DNA from: Dicyema japonicum
Taxonomy: Eukaryota > Animalia > Dicyemida
NCBI GenBank assembly: GCA_011109175.1
Contig: RDEW01000056.1
Coordinates: forward strand, 124,001-188,000
Direction: 5' to 3'
DNA length: 64,000 nucleotides
Both the position numbers and the translations under genes were made by a program. The first letter of the stretch is position 1. The number at the start of each line of letters is the position of its first letter. Below are positions 12,135 through 23,179 of the stretch, in pieces. The notes beneath the pieces were generated by a model, which had not been told where the DNA came from, did not search any database, and saw only the letters and a list, made by a program, of their open reading frames with translations.

Positions 12135-13107
12135 TGTCACATGGCCAAGCGATACGTATGGGCTGCCTGTTACATTAACCTTGTACCAAGATTAACTTCA
12201 ATTAATTTTATAAATGATTTATTAACCACAAAAAATTAAATTTAAGTAACTTTATTTAGTCTACTCATTAATACAGTCGATATGTCTCCTTTCAAATTTT
12301 TATCTATCAAATTGAATCTGTTCGCATTCGATATAAATTTTTAAAAAATTGAATCTGTTCGCATTCGGAATTATCTAGATATAAATTTTTTAAATCAAAC
12401 TACGTGAATTTTCAATAGATTTTGGAGTCAAACAATTAACCAAATCGTCAATTTGTTCTGGAATCGCACACTCATCACTTAAATTATCTAAGTCATAATG
12501 TTAAGTATAACCATTAATTATTGAATTTATTCCCTTAATTCTCGATATCTTTCGAAAGGACTTTCGTTAGAAAATAAATGGACCGATATGTTATAACTGT
12601 AGACAGCACTTTCTAATTTATCAAGCCACTTTTTTCACTGTTATCCAGCATTTTGACAACTTTCTCGTGATCGTCTAGGACGCGAAAATTTGCAGACTTC
12701 ACAATTTCGAATGACTTTTCTAATAATCTCATTCTTTACAGTGAAGTATCTTTGTCGACATTCATACTTAATTTTATTGACTCCTCCGTGTGAAAACTCG
12801 TGCAACGATTTCGCACATGCTCCATTTCGGTTTCATTATCCAGGGATATGACTAACTTGGGATCAGTTGATTTAAGATACAGTCTAAAATTATTGCAAAT
12901 TTACAATACCTGTCATTGATAATAGAAAAATTCTCTATCTTCTTTACAAGTCTATATTTTCTGTGCCTCAAAAGATTTTCGGAAATTTATCATGCAAAGC
13001 ATCTTTTAAAGTTTGATATTCAACGCAATCTTTCACAAAACCCTTGTATGAAGCCATTGCAACAAAATAATCTTCCATGCTATAAATCACGGTAGAAATC
13101 TAGGTTT

Positions 13108-16100
13108 TATTTATTATTATTATTTAAAGCACTCCCGAGAAGTCATAAAATTAATCAAGCCTCCCTTGTGCCGTATTTCTAGCCATCCTCTCTATCAGCC
13201 TTTTCCAGGACCCTCTACTTCGTGCCAGTTCCCTTAAGGTATCTAGGTCGTCTGCGGAAGTGAGCTTCAGTCCCACAGCCGACAGGTCTCCATTCAAAAT
13301 AGTTGGGAGTGTGACTCTTGGTCTTCCACGGAAACCGGCTCCCGTATGCATTAAGTAGTTTTCCATGGCGATATTCGCGGGTACTTGAGCATTTAGACGT
13401 AAGATATGTCCAAAGAGACTCCATCTTGATCTGAAGATCTCCTCGGATAGTATACCAGATTTGCACTTCGAGTAGAGGTCATTGTTTGAGATCTTCTTAG
13501 GCCACTTGATCTTGATTACTGATTTCAATTGTGTCCTGTGGAAAGCGTCAAGACGGTCCATCTCTTGTTTAGAGATTCCCCAAGTGCCTGAATTGTAGGT
13601 CAGGACGGGGATGACAAAAGCCTTATATATTCTGAGTTTGGTGTTTAATCCCATCCTCTTCTTATGACCCCACATATTCGATACTTTCTTTAGTGCACAC
13701 ATTGCGAGGATTTTCCTCCGAGAAACATCTTCTGAGTCCCCGAGAAGCGAACCCACCTTCTTTTGCTTTCTCCAAGACTCGTCCGATCTTCGATCATTGC
13801 GTGTAAGTGTTGTGAACTCTGTTTTATCGGTGTTAACGGTTAAGAACCATTTCGAGAATACGTGTGGAAGAACGTTAAGCATGTGTTGAAGTACTTGAAT
13901 ATCCTCAGAAACAAAGTCCAGGTCGTCCGCGTAGATTATCTCGTTATAATTGTTGCCAACCAGGGGTCTGAACTCTCTTAGTGCGGCCTCAAGGTAGACA
14001 ATAAAGAGGACCGGGGATAGTGAGTCCCCCTGTGGAACTCCACGTGAGGTCGAAAAAAAGTTAGAGGTAGAGTCACCAATTTTGACGGCAAGTTGAGTGT
14101 TCCGCATGAGTAAGTGTATTATTTTGACATCGTCAGGCAGTAGAAAACTCTCCAACACTTCCATAAGTTTTCCACGGTCCACCGAGTCGAACGCACGGGA
14201 CATGTCGATACCAAGTATCTCAATAGATTTTTTGTATTTTTGGCACAGGGCACAATACCACCTGTGCCCCCATACCACGTCAGCCGTGGACCTGCCCGTC
14301 CGGAATCCACTTTGGCCGTCCGAAAGAAATATGTTCACCCTCTCCTTTATTCGGTTTAAAGCAATGAGGGATAATGTTTTTCGTATGGAGGTTAGGAGTA
14401 TAATAGGTCTGAAGTTGTGAGGGGGGCCTTTACTTTTTCCCGGTTTTTGTAGTGGAATTAGCCACCCTTTTCCCAGTTCCAGTTCATCTGCACCCTCGAG
14501 AGACCGGTTGAAAATGTTAGTAATCATTTCAATTAGCTCCTCCGGGCCGTATTGTAAAAGTTCTGCAGTAATGAAGTCTGGTCCGGCAGATCTTCCGGTA
14601 TTTAATTTTTTAATAGCTTGTTGAGTTTCGGATATGGTAATAGGGCTAGTTAGAGTGTACTTGTAAGACTTCCGAGATTTCATTGCTTGGTCAGCCGCGT
14701 CCTGTTTGTTGAACATAAGGTCAAAATGGGATGCCAGAACGTTTGCTTTGTTAATGGTCCCGATAACGTCGTGACCAAGGTTGTCATGGACAGTTAACGA
14801 AATTGGACAGTTTTCTCTGCTAAGAAGCCGGATTGCTTTGAACATTCTTGGTCCGTTCTTGTACTTTAATATGTCTGAGATTTTCTCCTCAGCTTCATTT
14901 TTGGCAAGGAATCTTTGTATTTGTTTGATCTTCGTTAAGACTCTCCCTCTCTGGGTGCGCAGTACTTTGATATCTTCCGGAGCGTTTGTGTTTTCCATCC
15001 GGAGTCTGAGCTCTTTCTGTGTTACAGAGAGTTGTCCGATATCCGGATTACATTGTTTGTGACGAGATTTGGTGATGTGACCAAGCACACTAAAGGCTGT
15101 GTTTTGGATAGCAACCACTATTTCATCCCATAAGCTGTTTGTCGGCTGATTTTGGTTAATACTGTTGATGCTATCTCTCAGAACTGCACTATAACGACAT
15201 TTGGTGGATTCTTCGTAGCGTAACCTCTCAGTGTCGAAACGTACTGAGGTAAGGCCTTTGTGTTTCCCGTGTATTCCATGGATTCTTTTAAGTACTAGCC
15301 GGGCGACCACAAGTTTATGATCGCTACTTGTTTCAAGTCCACCGTAAGATCTCGAGTCCTGTAGGAGGGCCTTCTGATGTTGCTTGCAGATAATATAGTC
15401 GATCTGATTGTATATATTGACTGTGTTTCCAGATTTGCCTTTTCTGGTACCAACCCACGTGGTCCTGTGTCTTGCCGGGTGCTTGAAACAAGTGTTGCAT
15501 ATGAGTAGGTTGAATGCCGTGCAAAATTGTATTAATGCCTCTCCGGGGATGTTACGGCGGTTTCTACCGTGGGATCCAATACACGTTTCACCAGGTCTTG
15601 CTTTTCCGGCCCTGGCGTTCCAGTCCCCGGCGATAAAAAGAAAGTAAGAGGATGAAAGTGAGTTGTACACACTTGTGAGAGTAGAGTAAAACGTATCCAG
15701 TTCTTCGATATTCGTTGATACACGTGCTCCGGTTGGGGCATATACGTTTATGATGGAGATCACTGAGTTGAGTTTGTTTCCGCATTTGATTTGTAACACC
15801 GCGACACGGTCAGATACTGCCCATACTCTTGAGACACAGTGAAACAAGTGCCGATGAACAGCAAATCCGAGCCCATAGTGCCTGCAGTCTGGTGTGAGGG
15901 TCAAAAGGTAAAAATTCTTTAACAGTTCTGCAGATTGTTCGGTTATTTTCGTCTCTTGCAAACAACAGACAGAGATGTTGTATTTACTCAGATCACGCGC
16001 CAATTGTTGTTTCTTGTAGCACTGATTGAGGCCTCGGCAGTTGAGGGATCCAAGAGTGAGGGGAGAAACTGGTAAGCAATACGAAGAAGACATAGTGCAA

Positions 16101-16138
16101 GTAGAGGGACGTCACCACCTCAACCAATATTAACCAAT
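13108..16138 (-). mobile_element. Full-length RTE-clade LINE, copy 1 (potentially active)
   Basis: 12-bp TSD AAATCTAGGTTT (13096-13107 and 16139-16150); (TAA)n-like 3' tail; single intact ORF. Confidence 0.95.
13151..16093 (-). CDS. RTE ORF, 980 aa: APE endonuclease plus reverse transcriptase
   Basis: LNCRGL, CLQET, AGDWNA, IDYI, SDH (APE); QSGFR, DMSRAFDSV, GVPQGDSLSP, YADD (RT); RWSLFGHILR and GRPR (RTE C-terminus). Confidence 0.97.
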   Translation of the reverse strand: MSSSYCLPVSPLTLGSLNCRGLNQCYKKQQLARDLSKYNISVCCLQETKITEQSAELLKNFYLLTLTPDCRHYGLGFAVHRHLFHCVSRVWAVSDRVAVLQIKCGNKLNSVISIINVYAPTGARVSTNIEELDTFYSTLTSVYNSLSSSYFLFIAGDWNARAGKARPGETCIGSHGRNRRNIPGEALIQFCTAFNLLICNTCFKHPARHRTTWVGTRKGKSGNTVNIYNQIDYIICKQHQKALLQDSRSYGGLETSSDHKLVVARLVLKRIHGIHGKHKGLTSVRFDTERLRYEESTKCRYSAVLRDSINSINQNQPTNSLWDEIVVAIQNTAFSVLGHITKSRHKQCNPDIGQLSVTQKELRLRMENTNAPEDIKVLRTQRGRVLTKIKQIQRFLAKNEAEEKISDILKYKNGPRMFKAIRLLSRENCPISLTVHDNLGHDVIGTINKANVLASHFDLMFNKQDAADQAMKSRKSYKYTLTSPITISETQQAIKKLNTGRSAGPDFITAELLQYGPEELIEMITNIFNRSLEGADELELGKGWLIPLQKPGKSKGPPHNFRPIILLTSIRKTLSLIALNRIKERVNIFLSDGQSGFRTGRSTADVVWGHRWYCALCQKYKKSIEILGIDMSRAFDSVDRGKLMEVLESFLLPDDVKIIHLLMRNTQLAVKIGDSTSNFFSTSRGVPQGDSLSPVLFIVYLEAALREFRPLVGNNYNEIIYADDLDFVSEDIQVLQHMLNVLPHVFSKWFLTVNTDKTEFTTLTRNDRRSDESWRKQKKVGSLLGDSEDVSRRKILAMCALKKVSNMWGHKKRMGLNTKLRIYKAFVIPVLTYNSGTWGISKQEMDRLDAFHRTQLKSVIKIKWPKKISNNDLYSKCKSGILSEEIFRSRWSLFGHILRLNAQVPANIAMENYLMHTGAGFRGRPRVTLPTILNGDLSAVGLKLTSADDLDTLRELARSRGSWKRLIERMARNTAQGRLD

Positions 16139-16847
16139 AAATCTAGGTTTACCGCTATAAAAATAAAATCTTTATTCATAACATTATGAATAAAACTAAT
16201 TAACAGGTTAAATACGATATAAATCGGATATACAAAATTAAATGTCGGATAATCAAAAGACCTTTTCAAGGTCGAAAAAATGTAACAGGCTGCCATGCGT
16301 TACGCGCCGCCCATGTGACATATTATCCACTTTACACGCTTCTAACAAACGTGAAATCATCTGATCATTGTTACACTTAGTTTTATTTTCTAAATATGGG
16401 TTTATTTGGTGTTTTACTGATTATTTATTAGTTTGCTATTTATAATCAGCTTTAGGATAAATTAATTGTTCATATCATGGGGAATACACAGTTTCTCCGA
16501 ATTTAGTTATCCCAAATACTGAGGTGCATGGATTATTAGTACTGTGGATATTTTATTCTGATTATAAAAAAATTTATCGTCTGCATTTTTTAAATACAAT
16601 CCACCCAATTAAATTAAAATTATTATCGATTCTTCCACTCAGACCTTTCTCTTCTTAGAAGAGGAGCAAATACCAGATAATTCTCCGTTACCTCCTCACC
16701 ACCGTTGTCTAACTGAGTTTTAGTTCAATTAAGTGATTGGTTACTGCAACAAAGTTCTAGATAGTGGATACTTCGTATTTAACTCAGCCAAACATACTCT
16801 CCAACGTTTTTGAAGACGACGGATTAAATTTACGTGAAATTTATAAT

Positions 16848-17830
16848 ACAGTAAACTCTCAAATTTTGGCACTCTTAAATTTGTCATTTTAATCGAGTTT
16901 TTTTTATTTTTTTAAATATTTTAAAAAGTTAAATAATTTAAAGCAAGCATAGGTCGGAATGTTGCTGTCGGAGGCTACACCAGATATTCAATTGCTCAAA
17001 AAGTGGAAATATTGCGGTATAAAGAAACTAAAAATCAGCTTCACGTCATTCGATGTGCAACAGATTTTCCTCTATTTTTAAAAAGAGAATCTCAAGAAGG
17101 ACAGTCAATGCAATATTGATGAATGCAGAATCGTTTTTATTTCAGTTCAAGAACAGAAATACTAAACTAAAAACTTGTAAAAAATTAAAATATCAGAGCT
17201 TGACGAAAATCTAGTAGATTGGATGTATTCAATGGAATCAAAAAGTACACTATTTACTCTAACATTTATTTTCTTTATTGACCGATTCTCTAATATTTCA
17301 TAGTGCAGAATTTTTCGCTAAAGAACTTACGTTATTAATTTTGAAAATTTTTTGGGTTTTTGGAGAAATTTAAAAAAAGACATGGATTTCGAATGCGTAA
17401 ATTGCACGACGAAATGCGCACTGAGAAACACTGAATATTGATGGCTTTCTAAAAAAATTTGAAGAAGTTTCAGAGTTACTCGTCTGAGAAATATCTATAA
17501 TTTGGAATCATATAAGAGGTTAAATCTTAGGGATAAAATCTCACAATTTCAAACTGTTTTAAACGTATTTAACGTGCAGAATGCGAATCAGCAAGACATC
17601 TTTTTCGAATTGATCACCCCTGGAGGACACTTCAGAAGATGAACGGATACATTATCAGAGCAGCTAATGGTGAAATTATCAATGAATGTATAATTTTTTG
17701 TGCTTAAGTAGTATTGCTGAAAAAATTAATTTTCTGGCGTTATTGATTGACCACGTGTCTATATTGGTTGACGAAATGTCGCTGTTTATTGACTATTGTC
17801 GTTATTGACTGATCGAATTTGCAAATATCA
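16848..17830 (+). mobile_element. pogo/Tigger-like transposon remnant
   Basis: TA-CAGTAAACTCTC terminus at ~16848; CENP-B-type HTH fragments (YQELDENLVDW, FKKRHGFRMRKLH). Confidence 0.6.
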
Positions 17831-17889
17831 GTTTCCTGTCTTGAAAAAAATACTATGCCTCAGACCTCGGACTATTGTTTCCACTGACA

Positions 17890-18800
17890 ACCACTCTGAG
17901 GATCCAGCAACATCCATATTTTCGTCCTAATAGCAATTATAAAGTATAAAGCGACTTGGTGGTACTATTTCTGTTGATTCTCCCTGATAGGGCTTACTTG
18001 GGCGGGGTCCATCTTATATTAAAAAATGGAATCCAGTAATTGTGGCCATATGTGTTTTCCTAGATTCAAAGAACCGCATGATTCCATTCTTTCTGAAACA
18101 AATGTTGGACTTTCGTTCCAAATCAGTCAGGACAACATACATTCAACTTTATGAGAAATCGGAACAAGTCCTCTCCCAAGTTTAGCACTATCAATGTACA
18201 ACCTCTCTTTGTCAGCAGGCTTTAAATGTATCTTATACTCCGATAAAATACCGCGAATTTCTGCATCAAAAATCAGACTCCTTGGTTCAATTTCGATTAA
18301 GCAGCATTGAACTTCGTGTGTACAAATCTCACGATTCTTCCGTTTTCCATGATCGTCCTCATAACATCCTGCTTCATGACGTTGTAGGTGCGATCTTCTA
18401 AAACTCAGATATAATGATTGCCTTCATCCCACTCATAAATTTAAATCCCTCATGCACTAGTAGATTTAAAAACCTTCCAATCCACGTTGTGAGACCAGAC
18501 CAGTCAGAAACAGTCCAGAGAAAGCCGTGGCCTACGGAATCGTACGCTTCCTTTTCATCAATCAAAGTGACGAATCTTCAATTTCAAGTATTGGGGGTCT
18601 GATGATTCAACTCAACTCCCAAAAAATATTTGATCTCATTCATCAGAAACCCGAATATCAGTGATTTAACGCTTACAATACCTCAAGCCATCCATAGTGA
18701 GGAATCCGACAAATCCCAACTAACTTCTCTCCCTCGCAAACTCCCTCATTTCACTCAACACTACTAATTACACTCTAAGGCACCCTCAACTGTTTCCTAA
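17890..18800 (-). mobile_element. Second decayed LINE ORF1 remnant
   Basis: Nucleotide similarity to 2990-3300 (e.g. TGTGTTTTCCTAGATTCAA, GATTCCATTCTTTCTGA). Confidence 0.65.
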
Positions 18801-19204
18801 GAACTAGGGCGATATTTGTCAATAAAGTACAAAATTCATGTTCTTTAAAATTGTTTAAAACTTATAAAAATGTGATTTTTAATAAAATATTATATAAATC
18901 AAAAGTTTAAAGTCAAAAGTTTAAAGTCAAAAAAGTCAATATTTTGAGTCATGTTAAGAAAAATCAAAATTTAATTTTTTAGGACAATAAAGTCAGAATT
19001 TTTATTAATTTTTATTTATTTATTAATTTTTAAAGTTTTTGAATAAAATAGTAACGTGTCATCAACTGTTGTGCATTCAAATCATGAAGGTCATTGAAAG
19101 GTTAAGACTGTTATTAGAAAATATCCTGGTGAATTTTCTATCAACTCACGAATTTTCTAGCAACAGCTTTTTATAGAATCTTTTGTCTAATTTAACTGTA
19201 TTTG

Positions 19205-19365
19205 CATGGGGAAGGTGGCCCTGCAAATACAGTCAGCCGCCCAGTACGAGCTTGTGTGGGCACGAGGGAGAAGCACCGGGAAAGAATGAGGATTTTGGTA
19301 GAACGCATTGGATCACGTGATAGCTAGTTTGGTTTTACCGTGGTCTTGGGTGTTAAATAATAAAA
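19205..19365 (+). repeat. Short 3'-terminal fragment of a Vingi/Ingi-like LINE; further copies at ~37362-37515 (+), ~52340-52480 (-), ~63445-63545 (-), ~63625-64000 (-)
   Basis: Encodes RPVRACVG.REEHR..MR.LLE..GIT*, homologous to the C-terminus of the LINE at 41035-41900; all copies contain GATCACGTGA; the 63.6-64.0 kb copy extends into the YKQYI...YACAVW thumb region. Confidence 0.75.
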
Positions 19366-19867
19366 ACTAACAGGTCTATCATTTTTATTAGTATTTCACA
19401 GGTGCTACTGTAAAAATATCCGATTTTCTCATTCCATCTACCGACTCTAGGATCAAAGAGGTCACTAATGGTTAGTCAAATATGATTTTCCTTGCATAGG
19501 CGAACATTAAAGTTTACTAAGCTTTTTTGAAGGTATTGGACGTTAATTTACTTCCTTCTATGCAAAAATGTAGAAAATTTATGCCAGAGGTGACTTGACC
19601 GAAGCTATTTTTGAGTTTTTTACATGCATTTATTATAGAGTTGGAAAAATTGGTTTGATCTACGAAATCGACATAAAAATACGTGAATAAATTTTTTCCA
19701 TAAAAATAGAAAGTTTATTGAAATTGGCTAAATTTTTAAAGTCAAAAATGTCAAAATTTCGGATTTATAAAGTGAAAAAATCGCCCTAATAATAACCATA
19801 AACAGGCACGTGCACCTAGCAACTACCTAATCTGCCATAATATTCACAAAACTTTAATAAATGATAT

Positions 19868-21315
19868 TTAAATCCTAACCAATCCATTATTCTTCATTAC
19901 AATGTATTTGTGGCGTCGGGGGTTGTATCTGCTCCCCTTTTCGAAAAGTTCAGATAAAATTTTCTATTTATCAGCCTTGGGAAGTACCTTGTTGTACAAC
20001 TTTCTCTGGAGACGATTTTTTGAGTAGTACTCCTCTCTTTGCTGGTCCTCCTTCTTCTTTATCACTTCGGGCAGTCTTTTATAGATCTTTTCGTTTTGAG
20101 CACGGATCTCAGTCATTGACATCTTCTTCCGTTTCCCGGGATTCAAGGGACAGGTCACTAAGTATTATAAAGGTAGGGTACCGTTCGGATATTTATCACT
20201 GCTCTTTCTGTGGTTCACCTGATTTGAGTCACTTTGGCGGAGCTTTATTGTCTCCTCAACATTTTCTGCCTCCCACGTGAGTTTTTGACGAAGTAGGACT
20301 GTGAACCTCGAAAGCTTCTTGTAGGGACATATGAGGACTCGATTCATCCTACAGAGGAATGTCCCAGGCTAAGGGACTTCTTTGAACGTTGGATTCGATC
20401 GTAAGCTGGGACGAGTAGTGGGAGTGAGAGTGAGTGGAAAATGAGTCAGACTCAGTTATTTGGGATAACAAGTGATTCTCGAACTCTTTGAATATCGAAA
20501 TCACCCCCAGCCCCTTTTTTACGAGATCTGGTCTCCTCTTGTTGGCAGAAACCCAAAGTTTCCACAGTCTGCTAGTTATTGGAGGCATTTTGGTTTCGGT
20601 CTCCGACATTTCCTCGTCCATCGGCATTTGTCCACAGTCGGATGGTTCCGAATCCACGTCTGAACAGACCGATTCCTTTTCCGTGACTTCCCCGTTAACC
20701 TTGGCATCCTTGAAGTACACCACGGTCCCTAACTTGCGGAATTATGGCCAAACCTGTTGTGTTGGTTGTCTCGTCGGTTCTGAAACACGTTAAACCAAGG
20801 ATACCTGTTAGTTAAGCGAGATTCCTGGGATTCGTTCCGTCTAGGGATCTGGAGCAGTTCCTCACAAGTGTTTATGAATGATTCCGCTCGCACGTGGGTC
20901 ATCCTCTTGCATATAGTTGGAGTCTATATTTAGAAACTTGGCGAACCACGGGTAGCTCAAAATTGAGGAAGTCTTCCTGAAGCATTAGTCTGGCCTGTTG
21001 AAGGGCGCCGTTGAAAAGATCAGTCGGTTCTTGGGAGGTTTCCGTGATTTCGAGCAAAACGTCGTCGATATTGACGGTCTTTGCGTCAAAGATGTGTTTG
21101 AGTTCGTCCTCAGAACTGATGTCGTTGTTTATGTAGTTATTTCTCGCCAAAGGATCAAACAAGCTGCTAATTTCATCCAATGTGCTCAATTCCGTCGTGG
21201 AATTCTCTGACATTGCGTCGTTCTTAGAGCAGTTTGACCAAATGGAAGTTGAGTCTGATGTGGGCCCCGCTATGTCCTCTTCAGTAAAGCAAATCAAATC
21301 CCTTGTTTCCATCAT
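19868..21315 (-). CDS. ALMS-motif centriolar protein (ALMS1/C10orf90/CEP295 family), spliced; 5' end uncertain
   Basis: SLQEAFEVH...RQK and EIRAQNEKIYKRLPEVIKKKEDQQREEYYSKNRLQRKLYNK match the ALMS motif; 24-25 nt introns link acidic upstream exons; apparent 1-nt deletions near 20297 and 20262. Confidence 0.7.
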
Positions 21316-21364
21316 CGAGGTTGCGGAAGGAGGGGACGTGTCTGCATTGGCCAGTCTAGATCTA

Positions 21365-21560
21365 TCTCCCGGCCTTCTTCCTAATGGTGTTCCTCAAGGA
21401 TCCACTTTGTCTCCATTACTATTCAATCTATTCATGGCGGATCTCCCCACAACGGACGTCGGAAATGATATTCTGATTTTTTGCCGACGATATTAACATT
21501 GCGTCACGTGATCAGGACATCCAGATTGTTACCTAGAGATTGCACAAATCTAGACCGTCT
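21365..21560 (+). mobile_element. LINE RT fragment
   Basis: GVPQGSTLSPLLFNLFMADLP...FADD. Confidence 0.75.
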
Positions 21561-21654
21561 AGTCCAGTGGTTTCTTAACCTTATTTAAGTCCCCCTTTTG
21601 ATACAATTTTGAATCTTCAAAATTTTCAGTTCCTCTTAAGATTTTTTTTGGGGG

Positions 21655-21925
21655 GTAAATAGGAAGCTAAATAGGAAGGGGTAAATAGGAAGCTCCAGGC
21701 CTATTTCTACAGTTCCACTGTATTAAAGCGAACCCTAGAGAGCCTGACACTGGAGTATAAGCAGGCAGAGCCTGGATATGCATATTGGCAGGGTTCAATT
21801 GGACAAGGCGCTCTCGGAGTTGTTTCAGCAACCAGAATCGAACCTGCCTGACAATGCTGGCGAACAGGCAGGCGATGAAGGTTGTTGATTATTAAATATT
21901 AACTTTTTTTCTTTTTTTAAATAGC
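21655..21925 (+). mobile_element. 5'-truncated copy of the R4-like element 3' end
   Basis: Close match to 1045-1290. Confidence 0.85.
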
Positions 21926-22469
21926 CTTTTCACGAGAGCCATAATATTTATAGCTCAGCATAGGCAGGACACACACTTTATTCAAGTAAAGAAAAGTTAA
22001 TTTTAACTATTCGTAGAACCAAGGAATTATCTTCACTTCTTTTTTCTTTTTCTTGTGTGTTCTTTCTAGACAATATTATTTTTTTATCAAAATAATATTT
22101 TAACTCAAGCTGTCTTTTATTTTTTAAAATCTTATTTTGATCTCGTCCATATTTTAAATTTCGTCTTCTTTATACTGTTTGGAAATTTCTACAAATCCTT
22201 ATCGGTCAGGTTGTTGCCCATGTAATTTATGCATTCGAAAACCATTTATTTTTTTGAATCTTGTATGAAATCCTTTTGAATTCTTGATATTACTAATTGA
22301 TAAATTTTCAGCAATATTTTGTGCTTTAATGATATTAGTGCATCATTTAACAAGGCACCCAACATAAATTAAAAATACCCTTAAATTCCATAAATCCATC
22401 CATCCAACAAGCATAGTATGAAGTTCAGGAAATTTCAACAATTTGCGTGTCTTTGTTGGAGGAAAACAA

Positions 22470-22620
22470 TTTTTATTATTATCAGCACTGCCGAGAACAC
22501 ATAAAAAAACAAAAGTCAATTAAGGTTCCCTTGTGCCGCGCCGGCCACCCTTTGCACCAATCGCATCCAAAGGCCTCTCCGTTTCGCAAGATCTCTTAGT
22601 TCATCGAAACAATTTTTAGA
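22470..22620 (-). mobile_element. RTE LINE 3' end, lying within a probable Tc1/pogo remnant whose TIR-like end is at ~22720-22748
   Basis: C-terminus AQGNLN*, 3' motif TTCTCGGCAGTGCT plus (TAA)n; TA-CAGTCAAGTCCCTCTAATTGGCC terminus nearby. Confidence 0.65.
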
Positions 22621-23179
22621 TGTTTTTAATATCGACTATAAAGAATTTTTTAGTTTGAAATTTTCATTTTTTAATAAAATAATTGAAAAAGATTAGTAAT
22701 TTTATGTTTTTTAATAATGTGTGGCCAATTAGAGGGACTTGACTGTATATCCAAAGATTTCTTTGATGGTTATCGAAAGCTTGATTGACAGATGGTCAGA
22801 TTTCAAATCTATTATGTCTACTTGTATCTCGATCTCAACTGTGGAAAGCTTTACATTGAAATGATCAATAATCCATGGCCGAATAACTAAGTTGAAGAGA
22901 TCAGTATATCGTGTTTGAAAATCGTTTTAAATATTCTTAAGATGTAACTTTTAAATCCTCCTCCCTATTTTGTATTAAAAAATATTTTTTTCTGATTTAT
23001 GCTTAAGTGTCCAGCCAACGGCGTCTAGGCTATGGACGATGACATTATATATTAATTTTCACCAGTTTTTTTTATTAAAAATCTTTTTTTCTGTAGCTGG
23101 TCTATTTGATTGAAGATGTTGACTATTTTCCCAGTGGAACAAATTTTTTTCCAGTCCCCGTATTTTTATGACAAGTGAA

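Larger units (their letters stand above)
12135..16320 (-). mobile_element. Ginger (Ginger2/TDD-like) integrase DNA transposon, internally deleted, with a nested RTE LINE
   Basis: ~40-bp imperfect TIRs TGTCACATGG...GCCTGTTACA (12135-12174 and 16281-16320); 5-bp TSD TATTA; integrase H2C2 zinc finger LHEFSHGG...IRNCEVC encoded on the minus strand at ~12680-12810. Confidence 0.8.

Noticed and set aside
14097-15785. Small overlapping ORFs within the RTE copies
   Set aside because: Alternative-frame or antisense by-products, repeated only because the element is duplicated.
16102-16127. 26-nt leader as a site-specific genomic target, or as tRNA/snRNA/rRNA sequence
   Set aside because: It lies inside the TSDs, the flanks are unrelated, and I recognise no match to U1, U2, 5S or a tRNA cloverleaf; only a loose A-box resemblance.
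19205-19365. Dispersed ~150-bp repeat as a novel SINE, ncRNA or CRISPR-like repeat
   Set aside because: It encodes the C-terminus of a Vingi-like LINE ORF, and one copy extends into RT-thumb sequence; copies are dispersed, not arrayed.
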